Below, in pieces: positions 46,989-58,102 of a stretch of DNA of 64,000 nucleotides (its first letter is position 1; each line of letters starts with the position of its first letter). A model generated the notes under the pieces. That model was not told the origin of the DNA and did not search any database. It was given only the letters and a program-made list of their open reading frames with translations. Origin of the DNA: a bacterium (GTDB lineage Bacteria; Patescibacteriota; Patescibacteriia; UBA2196); assembly GCA_035387885.1 (NCBI GenBank), contig DAOOOW010000001.1, positions 43,392-107,391 of the forward strand, written 5' to 3'. Made by a program: the position numbers and the translations under genes.

Positions 46989-48359
46989 ATGAATAATGAG
47001 CAACTTTGGCAAGCTATTTTAGGAGAACTAGAAGTTTCTATTTCTAAAGCTAACTTTACTACTTGGTTTAAAAATACTTTTGTTTTAGAACAAGAAGATA
47101 ATAAGCTTATTGTAGCCGTACCCAACACATTTACCAAAACTTGGCTAGAAAATAAATACAATAAAGCTATTATTTCGGCTCTTAAAAAAATAACCCAAAA
47201 CAAACTCAATGAAATATATTATAAAGTTTCTTTGGTGCCTGAAAAAACCACTAATTCCGTGCATAATTTAAAAAATATTATTAAAAATGATTTAGAATTA
47301 AAAAATACCGAAAACCTTAAAACCGATAATCATGGATTAAATCCTAAATATGTGTTTGAAACTTTTATTGTAGGTAAAAGCAACGAACTAGCCTTTGCAG
47401 CTGCTCAAGCAGTGGCTAAAAACCCAGGCAAATCCTATAATCCACTCTACATTTATGGCGGTGTGGGTTTAGGTAAAACTCATTTATTACAAGCTATTGG
47501 TCATGAAATAGTTAAAAAAAATCCGCAAGCCAAACTTTTATATGCAACCAGTGAATATTTTACCAATCAATTCGTTTTTGCTATTCGTTCTAATAAAACC
47601 AAGGAATTTCAAAACAAATTTAGAGATATTGATGTTTTAATTATTGATGATATTCAATTTATTTCCGGCAAAGAACAAACTCAGGAACAATTATTTCATA
47701 CTTTTAACGATTTACATCAAAATAATAAACAAATAATTTTTTCCTCTGATAGAATTCCTAAGGCTATTGCTGGTTTAGAATCAAGATTAGAATCACGTTT
47801 TGAATGGGGTATGATTGTCGATATTGCTGAACCAGACACAGAAACTAAAATTGCTATTATTGAGGCTAAATTAATTGAAAAAGGCTTTTCTTTAGATAAA
47901 AACATTGTTTTATTTTTGGCTACCAATTCCGGTCGCAATGTTAGAGAAATAGAAGGTATTATTAATCGTATTATAGCCCATTGTGATTTAATTAGTCATG
48001 ACAAAGAAGTCACTCTGGAAGACGTTAAAAATATTTTACAGACCATTAATCAACATTTACCTCAAAGTGCTATTACAATCAAAAAAATTATTAAAATTGT
48101 AGCAGAATTTTATGATGTATCATTGGATGATATTCTTAGTGAATCTAGAAAAAAAGAATTAGTTGAACCAAGACAAATTACCATGTATTTAATTAGAGAA
48201 GAAATTGGTTCATCATTTCCCAATATTGGTCAAGAACTTGGCGGTAGAGACCACACCACTGCCATGCACGCTTATGAAAAAGTTAAAAAGTTAGTTTTAG
48301 AAAATGATAAAATTAAACAGGATATTTTTTTACTCAAACAAAAACTTTATAATGATTAA
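46989..48359 (+). CDS. dnaA: Chromosomal replication initiator DnaA
   Basis: YNPLYIYGGVGLGKTHL, DDIQF, GGRDHTT. Confidence 0.98.
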   Translation: MNNEQLWQAILGELEVSISKANFTTWFKNTFVLEQEDNKLIVAVPNTFTKTWLENKYNKAIISALKKITQNKLNEIYYKVSLVPEKTTNSVHNLKNIIKNDLELKNTENLKTDNHGLNPKYVFETFIVGKSNELAFAAAQAVAKNPGKSYNPLYIYGGVGLGKTHLLQAIGHEIVKKNPQAKLLYATSEYFTNQFVFAIRSNKTKEFQNKFRDIDVLIIDDIQFISGKEQTQEQLFHTFNDLHQNNKQIIFSSDRIPKAIAGLESRLESRFEWGMIVDIAEPDTETKIAIIEAKLIEKGFSLDKNIVLFLATNSGRNVREIEGIINRIIAHCDLISHDKEVTLEDVKNILQTINQHLPQSAITIKKIIKIVAEFYDVSLDDILSESRKKELVEPRQITMYLIREEIGSSFPNIGQELGGRDHTTAMHAYEKVKKLVLENDKIKQDIFLLKQKLYND

Positions 48360-48611
48360 AAATTGTGTACAAATATGTTGATAAAATTATAAATAACGTG
48401 CTTAAAAATATTATTTTATTTTACAACATATTTTATTAACATAATTTTATTTTTTTTACACTTATTTGTTAATATTTTATCAACAAGTCTAAAATTCAAA
48501 TTTAAGACAATTAAAAAGTTTATACAGCATATTTTAAAAAAAATTATTGGTTATCCACTGGGCTTATTATTATCATTAAATTATATTTAAATATTAATTA
48601 ATAATAACAAT
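48360..48611. other. Putative oriC (dnaA-dnaN spacer; further boxes at 46781-46988)
   Basis: Very AT-rich; DnaA-box-like TGTGTACAA, TGTTGATAA, TTATCAACA, TTATCCACT; TTATACACA at 46865; the plus strand looks more G-rich to the right. Confidence 0.7.
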
Positions 48612-49724
48612 ATGAAATTTACTTGTGTAAAAGAAAATTTAATTAAAGGCATCAATACTGTGGCTAGGATTTCTGGAAAAAATATTAGTTTGCCAATTTT
48701 AAATAATATTTTAATTGCTACTGCGGATGATGGAGTGGAATTTGTGGGTACTAACTTAGAAATTGGCATTAAAAATAAAATTAGAGCCAAAATTGAAGAC
48801 AAAGGCAAAATAACTGTCCCAGCCAAAACATTGGCTAGTTTTGTAAATTTTTTACCAGATGAAAAAGTAAGCTTTGAGTTAATAAAAAATAGCAACGAAA
48901 TACAAATAAAATCTGGTACTTGGGAAACAAAAATTAAAACTCAATCAGCAGAAGATTATCCATTAATTCCGGAAGTAGAAAGAAAAAATGGTTTTAAAAT
49001 TAAAGCTAAAAAATTTAAAGAAGCACTAGAACAAGTGATTTTTGCAGCGCTTTCCAATGAGGCCAGGCCAGAATTATCTGGTGGGTATATTTCATTTAAT
49101 GAAAAACAACTTACAATTGTGGCTACAGATAGTTATCGTTTAGCTGAAAAACATATAGAGTTAAGTGAAAGCATTAAAAAAGCTGGTAGTTTTATTGTGC
49201 CTATAAAAACTTTACAGGAAATTGAAAAAATAATTAGTGAAAATGATAATAACGAAGATTTGGAAATTTATTTTGAAGAAAATCAAATTATATTTTTAAT
49301 TGCTGGGGTGGAAATTAATTCCAGACTAATTAATGGACAGTATCCAGATTATAAACAAATAATTCCTACTAAAAGCAATACTCAAATTATAATTAATAAA
49401 AATGAAATTTTAAATGCAGTTAAAGCAGCTAGTGTTTTTACCAAAATTGGCATCAATGATGTTATGTTTGAATTTAAAAAACCGGCCAGTGTAATAATTA
49501 AAGCTGTTAATAATCAATTGGGTGAAAATCAAGCTGTTATTAATGGGGAGATTAATGGTGATGATAATAATATTACTTTTAATTATCATTATATTTTGGA
49601 AGGCCTAGCTAATTTAAAAGAAGAAAAATTTGTTTTAGAAATTTCTAATGCTAACAATCCTGCAATTCTTAAACCTTTAGAAAAAAAAGATTATTTGTAT
49701 TTAATAATGCCCATTCGTCAATAA
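48612..49724 (+). CDS. dnaN: DNA polymerase III beta clamp
   Basis: ATDSYRLA, SRLINGQYPDY, YLIMPIR. Confidence 0.97.
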   Translation: MKFTCVKENLIKGINTVARISGKNISLPILNNILIATADDGVEFVGTNLEIGIKNKIRAKIEDKGKITVPAKTLASFVNFLPDEKVSFELIKNSNEIQIKSGTWETKIKTQSAEDYPLIPEVERKNGFKIKAKKFKEALEQVIFAALSNEARPELSGGYISFNEKQLTIVATDSYRLAEKHIELSESIKKAGSFIVPIKTLQEIEKIISENDNNEDLEIYFEENQIIFLIAGVEINSRLINGQYPDYKQIIPTKSNTQIIINKNEILNAVKAASVFTKIGINDVMFEFKKPASVIIKAVNNQLGENQAVINGEINGDDNNITFNYHYILEGLANLKEEKFVLEISNANNPAILKPLEKKDYLYLIMPIRQ

Positions 49725-49769
49725 AACATTTTAATATATTAACATTTAAACATATTAACATTTAAAAAA

Positions 49770-50300
49770 ATGCAAATTGAATTTAAAAAATATATTCGCG
49801 AAATACAAAATTGGCCAAAGACAGGAGTAAATTTTAAAGATATTACTACAGCGTTGGAAAATAAAGAAATTTTTCAGGAAATTATTAATCAATTGTGTGA
49901 GCCTTATAATGATAAAAAAATAGATAAAATTGTGGGTATTGATGCTAGAGGATTTTTATTAGCTGGGGCTATGGCTTATAAATTAAATACAGGATTGTCT
50001 GTGGTGAGAAAAAAAGGTAAATTGCCATATAAAACCAAATTCAAAGAATATAATTTGGAATATGCCTCGGCCATAATTGAAATGCACGAAGATACAATTA
50101 AACCTCAAGAAAAAGTGATTATAGTTGATGATTTGATAGCTACTGGCGGCACAATTTTGGCTACTATAGATTTAGTAAAAGAATTTGCTGGAGAAATTGT
50201 GGGGGTGAGTGTGGTAATTGATTTACCTTTTTTGGGCGGATCAGAAAAAATAAAAAATAAATATAATTTTAATTATTTAATTAGCTATGATTGTGAATAA
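49770..50300 (+). CDS. apt: Adenine phosphoribosyltransferase
   Basis: FKDIT, DARGF, RKKGKLP, VDDLIATGGT. Confidence 0.95.
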   Translation: MQIEFKKYIREIQNWPKTGVNFKDITTALENKEIFQEIINQLCEPYNDKKIDKIVGIDARGFLLAGAMAYKLNTGLSVVRKKGKLPYKTKFKEYNLEYASAIIEMHEDTIKPQEKVIIVDDLIATGGTILATIDLVKEFAGEIVGVSVVIDLPFLGGSEKIKNKYNFNYLISYDCE

Positions 50301-50342
50301 AAAATAAAAATATTAATAAATATTTAATCGTGCTTAATAAAA

Positions 50343-51206
50343 ATGTTAGATACTAGCGACGCTAATAATCAAGAAATAAAGATAGGAATTTTTGGCGGTT
50401 CTGGATTTTATAATTTAATGGATAATATGCAAGAAATTGAAATGGAAACACCTTTTGGTAAACCGTCAGACAAAATTATGATAGGAAAAATTGTGGGTAA
50501 AAAAGTGGCTTTTTTACCGAGACATGGAAAAAATCATCAATTTCCTCCACATAAAATTCCCTACAAGGCTAATTTGTGGGCCATGAAAAGTTTGGGAGTA
50601 CAAAAAATAATTTCACCTATAGCTGTGGGAAGTTTACAAGCTAATATAAAACCAGGAGATTTTGTAGTTTGTGATCAATACATAAATTGGACTGGTAACA
50701 GAGGGTTAAATCAAAGAGATGATACATATTATCATGGTGAGTTGATTGACGGAATTCATAAATCAGAGAGGGTAGCCCATTTTACTAATGCTTTACCTTA
50801 TTGTGAAGAGACAAGAAAAATAATAAACAATATTTTGGATGAAGAAAACATAAGTTACCACAAAACTGGCACAGTAGTGGTTATAGAAGGCCCAAGGTTT
50901 TCAACCCAAGCAGAATCAAAATTTTTTAGCAATCAAGGTTGGCATATTATTAACATGACAGCTTATCCAGAAATACCTTTAGCAAGAGAATTGGGTATGT
51001 GTTATGTTAATATTGGTTTAGTCACAGATTATGATGCGGGTTTAGAAAATGATCCCTCTATCCAGCCAGTTACCTCAGAGGAAATTATAAAAGTTTTTAA
51101 TAATAATAATCAAAAAATAAAAGAATTAATATTTAAAATTATTGAACGCATACCTCAAGAAATAAAATGTAATTGTGAAAAACATATTGAAAGTGCAATA
51201 ATATAA
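50343..51206 (+). CDS. mtnP: S-methyl-5'-thioadenosine/inosine phosphorylase
   Basis: IGIFGGSG, FLPRHG, EGPRFSTQAES, VTDYD. Confidence 0.9.
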   Translation: MLDTSDANNQEIKIGIFGGSGFYNLMDNMQEIEMETPFGKPSDKIMIGKIVGKKVAFLPRHGKNHQFPPHKIPYKANLWAMKSLGVQKIISPIAVGSLQANIKPGDFVVCDQYINWTGNRGLNQRDDTYYHGELIDGIHKSERVAHFTNALPYCEETRKIINNILDEENISYHKTGTVVVIEGPRFSTQAESKFFSNQGWHIINMTAYPEIPLARELGMCYVNIGLVTDYDAGLENDPSIQPVTSEEIIKVFNNNNQKIKELIFKIIERIPQEIKCNCEKHIESAII

Positions 51207-51365
51207 AAGTAACAAGTAAATAATTTTAAAAATCAAATTTTAAAATTCAAAATAAATCAAAAATTAAAATTTTAAAACTTAAACTAAAAGGCTTAATATT
51301 TTAAAAATTAAATATTTAAAATTATTTTAAAATTTGATTTTTAAAATTTAAAATTTATTTATGTT

Positions 51366-51923
51366 ATGTCTACACTAACAGATATAAAAAAGGGTGTCAT
51401 ATTAAAATTTAACGGTGAGCCATGCATGGTGCAGGAAGCTAATTTTTTAAGAATGCAACAAAGAAAACCAGTTATGCAAACTAAAATGAAAAATATAAAA
51501 ACTGGTCAAGTGGTGGAATATAGTTTTAAGCAAGGAGAATCGATTGAATTAGCAGATATGGGGCGTAAGAAAGCTAGCTTTTTATATAAAGAAAAAGATA
51601 AATATTGTTTTATGGACGATGATTATGAACAAATTGCTTTAGCCGAAGATTTAATAGGTGAGGCAGTAAAATTTTTAAAAGAAACTCAAGAAGTGGATTT
51701 GGTTTTATATGAAGAATCTATTATTGGAGTGCGATTACCACCCAAAGTCGATTTAAAAGTCGTCCAAGCCCCTCCTGGGGTTAAAGGAGACACTGCCACG
51801 GGCGGTAAGAAGCCAGTCACGCTCGAAACTGGCGCCGTTATTAATGTACCTTTGTTTATTAACGAAGGTGAAATAATTAGAGTTAATACAGAAACAGAGG
51901 AGTATGTGGAAAGAGTGAGTTGA
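51366..51923 (+). CDS. efp: Elongation factor P
   Basis: PGVKGDTA, LETGAVINVPLFI. Confidence 0.95.
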   Translation: MSTLTDIKKGVILKFNGEPCMVQEANFLRMQQRKPVMQTKMKNIKTGQVVEYSFKQGESIELADMGRKKASFLYKEKDKYCFMDDDYEQIALAEDLIGEAVKFLKETQEVDLVLYEESIIGVRLPPKVDLKVVQAPPGVKGDTATGGKKPVTLETGAVINVPLFINEGEIIRVNTETEEYVERVS

Positions 51924-51969
51924 GGAAAACAGCAAAAGGTAAAAGTAAAATATATATAAAATAAATTAT

Positions 51970-52347
51970 ATGTTTAATCCAGACCGAGAACCAAAACAAG
52001 AAAATAGATTAGAGAAAATTGAACTTACTGAGGAAGAAAAATTTTTAATAACTTTAATTAAAGCAAGGGGTATTGAAGATCTAGAAATTAATAAAATGTT
52101 CATAGATTGGTATAATAAGCAACAAACAATAATTGATAAATCAGAAAATTTTAATTTAGCAAATATTAATTTTTTAAGACGCAAAGCATATATATTTTTA
52201 GAGGTTGGATATTTTGATGAAATGGAGGATGAATTTGAGTAAGCAATTAATTTAGCGAAGAATCTTGGTTGGGATGATTTAAAAAATGAGATTAGAGGCG
52301 AAGTAGATGGTATGATTAATAGATGGACAATAAAAAATAAAGAATAA
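51970..52347 (+). pseudogene. Helical (TPR-like) hypothetical protein with an internal TAA
   Basis: The frame continues 34 codons past TAA at 52240-52242 (AINLAKNLGWDDLKNEI...). Confidence 0.5.
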
Positions 52348-52361
52348 AATTTATAAAAAAT

Positions 52362-52935
52362 AAACCCCCTGAGAATATCAAGGGGTTTTACAATTAAAGT
52401 AGGGGCACAAAATTTTGTGCCCCTACAAAAAATACTCCGCAGCTACAAGCGTGGGGTTAATTTTAACTTCGTTCACTGTTAGTTAAAAAACTAGATCCCT
52501 CCGCTCGTTCTTACAGTGGGTTTCACAATGCCTGTCGACATAATGCTTCACCCATTGTGGCTATAAAAATTAAAGCAGTTTAATTTTTATTTAACGCCAC
52601 AACTGGTCGAGATAAACTGCAGGAAAAAATAATGAGCTACCCCGCATCTAAAAGTGCGGGGTTAATTTTAACTTTGTTCGCGGGTGGTTTTGCCGTCATT
52701 CCATTCGGCAAAACCTGGCTCACTTCGTTAAAATTAAAAAGCCCCGAGCAGGCGGAGCTAAATACAAGAATTAAGAATAATGAATAAAGAATTATGAATA
52801 AAAAATGAATTAATTTTTTCTACTCGGCTTTAGCCGAGGTTGGTGGTACTTTAGTACAACATTAAAAAGAAAATTATTTATAGTTTAGTGGTAAACTAAA
52901 GTTTACCAAACCCCCACTAAAGTGGGGTAGAAAAA
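52362..52935. repeat. Cluster of nested REP-like palindromes between convergent genes
   Basis: GTAG REP 52399-52426; AAAGCAGTTT element 52517-52603 inside an AGATCCCT..GATAAACT palindrome; CCCCGCA..TGCGGGG; heptamer run. Confidence 0.75.
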
Positions 52936-52946
52936 ATAAATTAACT

Positions 52947-53963
52947 TTATTTTTCTTTTTCCTTAATAAAATTCCAGATTTCTTTTTTAATTTCTTGGGT
53001 TAATTTTTTATCTTCTTTTAAAGTTTTTTTAGCATTTTCGCGACCAACACCAAGTTTAATGTCTTTGCAAGAAAAAGTGGTGCCAGATTTTTTGACTAGA
53101 CCATAGGTCATACCCAAATCAATAATATCTCCAGAAAGCGAGATGCCTTCATTATACATAATATCAAATTCCGCAGTTTTAAAAGGGGCGGCCACTTTAT
53201 TTTTAACTATTTTGGCTTTTACCCGATTGCCCACAATTTCTTCCCCCATTTTAATTTGAGCGGCACGGCGTAATTCAATACGCACAGAAGAATAAAATTT
53301 TAAAGCCAAGCCACCGGGAGTAGTTTCTGGATTACCAAAGAAAACCCCAATTTTATGTCTAATTTGATTGATAAAAATAACACAGGTTTTAGTTTTGGAA
53401 ACAATAGCAGTGAGTTTTCTTAGAGCTTGACTCATTAATCTGGCTTGCAGAGCCATATGAGTATCACCCATCTCACCCTCAATTTCCGCTTTGGGAGTCA
53501 GGGCAGCCACGGAGTCCACAATAATTACATCAACACTATTTGATCTAACCAAAGTTTCTACAATGTCCAAAGCTTGTTCGCCAGAATCTGGTTGGGAAAA
53601 TAATAACTCATTAATATTAACACCTATTTTTTTAGCATATTCAGGATCTAGGGCGTGTTCAGCATCAACGAAAGCTACAAGGCCACCCATTTTTTGAGTT
53701 TCAGCAGCAATGTGTTGGGCAATGGTGGTTTTACCAGAGGCTTCTGCTCCATAAATTTCAATAATTCTGCCACGAGGCACACCACCAACAACAAGAGCAA
53801 TATCTAAAGACAAACAACCCGTAGGAATTACAGAAACTTCCATGGCTTTAGCTTCACCAAATTTCATAATAGCCCCCTCGCCAAACTTTTCCTTAATTTG
53901 ATCAATGGCTGATTGAGTATTTTCTTGTTTAGTTTCCTTTTCGGTTTTTTGTTCTTCTTTCAT
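52947..53963 (-). CDS. recA: Recombinase RecA
   Basis: [34 protein letters not shown]. Confidence 0.98.
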   Translation of the reverse strand: MKEEQKTEKETKQENTQSAIDQIKEKFGEGAIMKFGEAKAMEVSVIPTGCLSLDIALVVGGVPRGRIIEIYGAEASGKTTIAQHIAAETQKMGGLVAFVDAEHALDPEYAKKIGVNINELLFSQPDSGEQALDIVETLVRSNSVDVIIVDSVAALTPKAEIEGEMGDTHMALQARLMSQALRKLTAIVSKTKTCVIFINQIRHKIGVFFGNPETTPGGLALKFYSSVRIELRRAAQIKMGEEIVGNRVKAKIVKNKVAAPFKTAEFDIMYNEGISLSGDIIDLGMTYGLVKKSGTTFSCKDIKLGVGRENAKKTLKEDKKLTQEIKKEIWNFIKEKEK

Positions 53964-54071
53964 GTGGTTAGAAGTGTTTAAAGGCGAATAATATTAGACG
54001 CGCATAAACGCTAAATAGTGTGTGGATAACTATCATTATCTTAGCAAATGCTTGGGGAGTGTCAAATAATT

Positions 54072-54731
54072 TTATGGTGCTGGTTCAAAAATTATTTTTC
54101 TTTCAATTGTTCTGGTTTTAGAATATTTTGTTTTACCTTCAATAAGTAAATTGTTAATACCAGGAATTAAATTAATAACTTGAGCAAAAGAATTGTCTGG
54201 TAGAAGTATTACATCTTCTTGATTAATTTTAATTTTAACTTCAGAGTTGGCTTTGCCAGAAACTGTAATAACGTTATTATTAGAGATTAGATTTGTTTGC
54301 GGATAAAAAATTTCAATTATTGGCGGCGCAGTTATTTGATTTATTTGCCAGACAATATAGACCAAAAAAATAAGGGTGAAAAAAATAAAAAAAGAAAGTT
54401 TAATTGTTTTAGGGAGATTAAATAAATCGGAAAGTTTAATTTTTTGAGTAAATATTTTTTTATGATAATTTTCTTCAGAGACCATATAAAATTTAATATT
54501 TTTAATGTCTGGTATTTTTATTTTTAAAAAATTACAATAGTCTTTTAAAAAATTTTTAGCATAAATTTCTCCTGGTAATTTAGACCAATCATTTTTTTCC
54601 AAAGCTTCTAAAAATTTATAATTAATGTGAATATGTTTGCTAATTATTTTTAAAGAAAGCCCAGTACGATAACGGGCTTCTTTAAGAATTTGACCAATAT
54701 TTTGTTGTTGAAATTTTTTAGTAAAAAACAT
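54072..54731 (-). CDS. RodZ-like HTH membrane protein with Ig-like C-domain
   Basis: IGQILKEAR, LEALE...LPGEIYAKNFLKDY, one TM helix; ftsK-rodZ-recA synteny. Confidence 0.8.
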   Translation of the reverse strand: MFFTKKFQQQNIGQILKEARYRTGLSLKIISKHIHINYKFLEALEKNDWSKLPGEIYAKNFLKDYCNFLKIKIPDIKNIKFYMVSEENYHKKIFTQKIKLSDLFNLPKTIKLSFFIFFTLIFLVYIVWQINQITAPPIIEIFYPQTNLISNNNVITVSGKANSEVKIKINQEDVILLPDNSFAQVINLIPGINNLLIEGKTKYSKTRTIERKIIFEPAP

Positions 54732-54772
54732 ATTGTTGATATCTGGTAACTAGTAAAAGGTAATAGAAAAAA

Positions 54773-56977
54773 TTAAAAATTTTCAAAAGTGTCATTAGAA
54801 TTTTCTGTAGGTAAAATTTCTTCTAATTCTTCGTGAGCTTTTTCTAATTCGTGCAAGGCTTCATCTTGTTTAAAATCTTCATGGCCAACTAAAACTTCTC
54901 TAGGTTTTGCACCATTAGCATGGCCAACAATTCCCATGCTTTCCAGAGTGTCTAAAATTCTGGCCGCTCTAGCATAACCAATACTTAGGCGTCTTTGTAA
55001 ATATGAAGCAGAAGCTTTGCCAGATTTAATCACAATTTCTTTGGCTTCCTCAAGCATAGTATCATCTTCATCAATTTTTAAAGGTGCACCATCAACTCCC
55101 AAAATTTCTGTTTTTTTAGTTATTTCTTCGTTATAATCTGGTTCGCCAAAATTAGTTTTTAAGTAACTAACTACATTATCTATTTCTTTATCAGACAAAT
55201 AGGCGCCTTGAATTCTTTTGGGTTTTGATAAATCAGCAGAGATAAAAAGCATATCTCCTCTACCAAGTAATTTATCAGCTCCAGAATGATCTAAAATTGT
55301 TCTAGAATCTCCAGAAGAAGCCACAGAGAAAGCAATTCTTGAAGTAATATTAGCTTTAATTAAACCAGTGATTACATTAACCGAGGGTCTTTGAGTGGCT
55401 ACAATTAAATGAATGCCAACAGCTCTGGCTTTTTGGGCCAAGCGGATAATAGCTGGTTCTATATCAATTGCCGCTAAAGACATTAAATCTGCCAATTCAT
55501 CAACGACAATAATTAAATAAGGCATAGGTTCTTGGGCAGTTTCATTGTAATTATCAATATTTCTTTTATGAGCGACTGATAAAATCTTAAACCTGTCTTC
55601 CATTTCTTTGACAGCCCACTTAAGTGCTTGGACAGTTTCTTTAATACTGGTAATTACCGGACAACTTAAATGAGGAATATCATTGTATTGAGTCATTTCC
55701 ACTTGTTTTGGGTCGATTAAAATAAATTTTAAACGATCTGGTTGATTTTGATATAAAAGAGAAATAATTAAAGTATTAAGACAAACGGTTTTGCCAGAAT
55801 TAGTCGCGCCGGCCACTAGTAAATGGGGCATTTTTTCTAAATTAGCTAATTGAGGTTTACCTGCTACATCCTTGCCTAGGGCAATCATTAAATTGCCATT
55901 TCTTTTTCTAAATTCTTCAGTATTAAGAATTTCTTTTAAGCCAACTAAAGCAATTTTAGTGTTAGGAACTTCTACACCAATTAATGATTTGCCAGGGATT
56001 GGCGCTTCTAGGCGAATTGGATGAGCTGCTAGGGCTAAGGCTAAATCATTAGATAGAGCGGTAATTTGGGCCACTTTAACTCCAGCCATGGGCTTAAAAG
56101 TATATTGAGTAACTGTAGGACCAACAGCAACTTCACCCATTTCAACATCAATGTTAAAATGACTTAAAGTTTTTTTAATGATTTCTTGATTGGCTTTGAT
56201 ATCGCCAGCTGAAGGTTTGGAAGATTTATCTTCCAAAAGATCAAACGGAACATCAATTTTAGGATAATGTTTTTTATTTTTTTTAGGTGTATTTAATAAT
56301 TCTTCATCGTTTGATATTAATCCTCCTGTGTCGGAAATTTCTTTAGGTGCGAAATTAATTTCTTTTTGTTCAAAACCAATTTCTTCAGCTGTAAGCTCCT
56401 CAAGAGCAGCAGTTGATTGTTTTTGTTCTAATTTATTTTTAATTTTATTGAATAAAACAAATTCCGGCCAATGTAATTTTAAAATTAAATTTTTAATGGA
56501 TGTTTCAAAGTAAAATAATAAACCAATTAAAAATAAAGCAATTAAAATTATTAAGGCTCCAGCAAAATTAGCTACTTTTTCTAAGGGGTTAGTTAAAAAA
56601 AAGCCTAAAATTCCGCCACCCGTGCCTTGGTTATAAAAAGTAAAAGATTTATCATGGGCAAATAATTGTAAAAGTCCTAAAAAACTTAGAGTCATAATAA
56701 TTAACCCTAAAGATTTAAGTGTAGAAGATTCGTATTTTTCTTTATTGATAATTAGATAGCCACTAATTATTAGAATTATAGGGGCTAGCCAATTGGCCCA
56801 ACCAAAAGAAAACAGCCAAAATGAATTAATGGCTTGACCAGCCTTGCCTGCCAAATCAAAATTTCCCAATAAACTTAAAAAAGCAATGGCAAAAATAACA
56901 ATCACTAAAACGTCTTTTTTAGTGTCAGAAGAGATATTTATTGAAGCTAACAAAGATGATTTTTTTGTCTTTTTCAT
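54773..56977 (-). CDS. ftsK: DNA translocase FtsK/SpoIIIE
   Basis: PHLLVAGATNSGKT, DELADLM, ATQRPS, LQRRLSIGYARAAR. Confidence 0.96.
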   Translation of the reverse strand: MKKTKKSSLLASINISSDTKKDVLVIVIFAIAFLSLLGNFDLAGKAGQAINSFWLFSFGWANWLAPIILIISGYLIINKEKYESSTLKSLGLIIMTLSFLGLLQLFAHDKSFTFYNQGTGGGILGFFLTNPLEKVANFAGALIILIALFLIGLLFYFETSIKNLILKLHWPEFVLFNKIKNKLEQKQSTAALEELTAEEIGFEQKEINFAPKEISDTGGLISNDEELLNTPKKNKKHYPKIDVPFDLLEDKSSKPSAGDIKANQEIIKKTLSHFNIDVEMGEVAVGPTVTQYTFKPMAGVKVAQITALSNDLALALAAHPIRLEAPIPGKSLIGVEVPNTKIALVGLKEILNTEEFRKRNGNLMIALGKDVAGKPQLANLEKMPHLLVAGATNSGKTVCLNTLIISLLYQNQPDRLKFILIDPKQVEMTQYNDIPHLSCPVITSIKETVQALKWAVKEMEDRFKILSVAHKRNIDNYNETAQEPMPYLIIVVDELADLMSLAAIDIEPAIIRLAQKARAVGIHLIVATQRPSVNVITGLIKANITSRIAFSVASSGDSRTILDHSGADKLLGRGDMLFISADLSKPKRIQGAYLSDKEIDNVVSYLKTNFGEPDYNEEITKKTEILGVDGAPLKIDEDDTMLEEAKEIVIKSGKASASYLQRRLSIGYARAARILDTLESMGIVGHANGAKPREVLVGHEDFKQDEALHELEKAHEELEEILPTENSNDTFENF

Positions 56978-57069
56978 ATTGATATTTTAACACTATTATC
57001 AAACCTTGCCAAGAAATAAATTGTATCCTATAATATAAACATTATTAAAAATAAATTAAGATCAATCGT

Positions 57070-57267
57070 ATGGCATTACAATCAAAAGGACATTCCAAAA
57101 CAGCTAAAAGAACTAGACGTGGCGCTATTAAACTTAAAAAAATTTCTTTAACATCTTGTCCTAAATGTAAAGAACCTGTTAAACCGCACACAGTTTGCCA
57201 TAAATGCGGTAGTTATAAAGGTAAAGAGGTGGTAAAGATTAGGATTAAGAAGGCAAAGAAGAAATAA
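57070..57267 (+). CDS. rpmF: 50S ribosomal protein L32
   Basis: CPKC...PHTVCHKCGSYKG. Confidence 0.93.
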   Translation: MALQSKGHSKTAKRTRRGAIKLKKISLTSCPKCKEPVKPHTVCHKCGSYKGKEVVKIRIKKAKKK

Positions 57268-57429
57268 AAAAATTACAAATTCAAAATTACAAATACCAAA
57301 TAAATTCCAAATTACAATTTTTAAAATTTTAAATTTTGTTTTTAATTTTGGTATTGGTGCTTGTTTGGAATTTGATTAAAGTTTGCCGTTGTGGCAAACA
57401 TTAATTTGGAACTTGGAATTTTAAATTTT

Positions 57430-57882
57430 ATGTCTAATAGACATTTATCAAGAACTATTGCCATGCAAACGCTCTATGAGTGGGATTTTAATCATCGCTC
57501 ACAAAAATTGGATAAACTAATTACTGATAATATAGGTCAATATGCCCAAGGATTAGAAGATACGGAATTTATCATTAGATTGGTTAAAGGCGTGGTTAAA
57601 CATATTGCAGAAATTGATGAAAAAATTATTAAATATGCGCCCGAATGGCCTTTAGATAAGATTACTATTTTAGATCGCAATGTTTTGCGTTTGGGAATTT
57701 ATGAATTGACTTTAGAAAAAAATGAAGTGCCACCCAAAGTAATTATTAATGAAGCCATTGAAATGGCCAAAACTTTTAGTGGGATGACTTCGGGGAAATT
57801 TGTGAATGGAGTACTTGGAACCGTGTACACAGAATTAGAGAATAGAAATGTTAAAGAAGTTTCTGTAGTTGATTCTTTATAA
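57430..57882 (+). CDS. nusB: Transcription antitermination factor NusB
   Basis: RHLSR..AMQTLYEWD, DRNVLRLG, INEAIEMAK, KFVNGVL. Confidence 0.95.
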   Translation: MSNRHLSRTIAMQTLYEWDFNHRSQKLDKLITDNIGQYAQGLEDTEFIIRLVKGVVKHIAEIDEKIIKYAPEWPLDKITILDRNVLRLGIYELTLEKNEVPPKVIINEAIEMAKTFSGMTSGKFVNGVLGTVYTELENRNVKEVSVVDSL

Positions 57883-58102
57883 TATGAAAATTACAAATTC
57901 AAAATTACAAATATCAAATAAATTTCAAATAACAAAAAATCTAATTGAATAATGAATTATGGTTTTGAATTTTAATTTTGGTGCTTATTTGGGATTTGGT
58001 GCTTTGAATTTGGAATTTAAAATTAACTTAACTTTCTTGGCCGTTAGACAGCCAGACAATAAAAAGTCTGTAGTGTAATGGTCAAGATACAAAAGGAATA
58101 AT

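Noticed and set aside
52240-52242. Stop-codon reassignment suggested by in-frame TAA here and at 23486
   Set aside because: TAA terminates most conserved genes in the window and TGA also acts as a stop (efp); these are more likely nonsense mutations.
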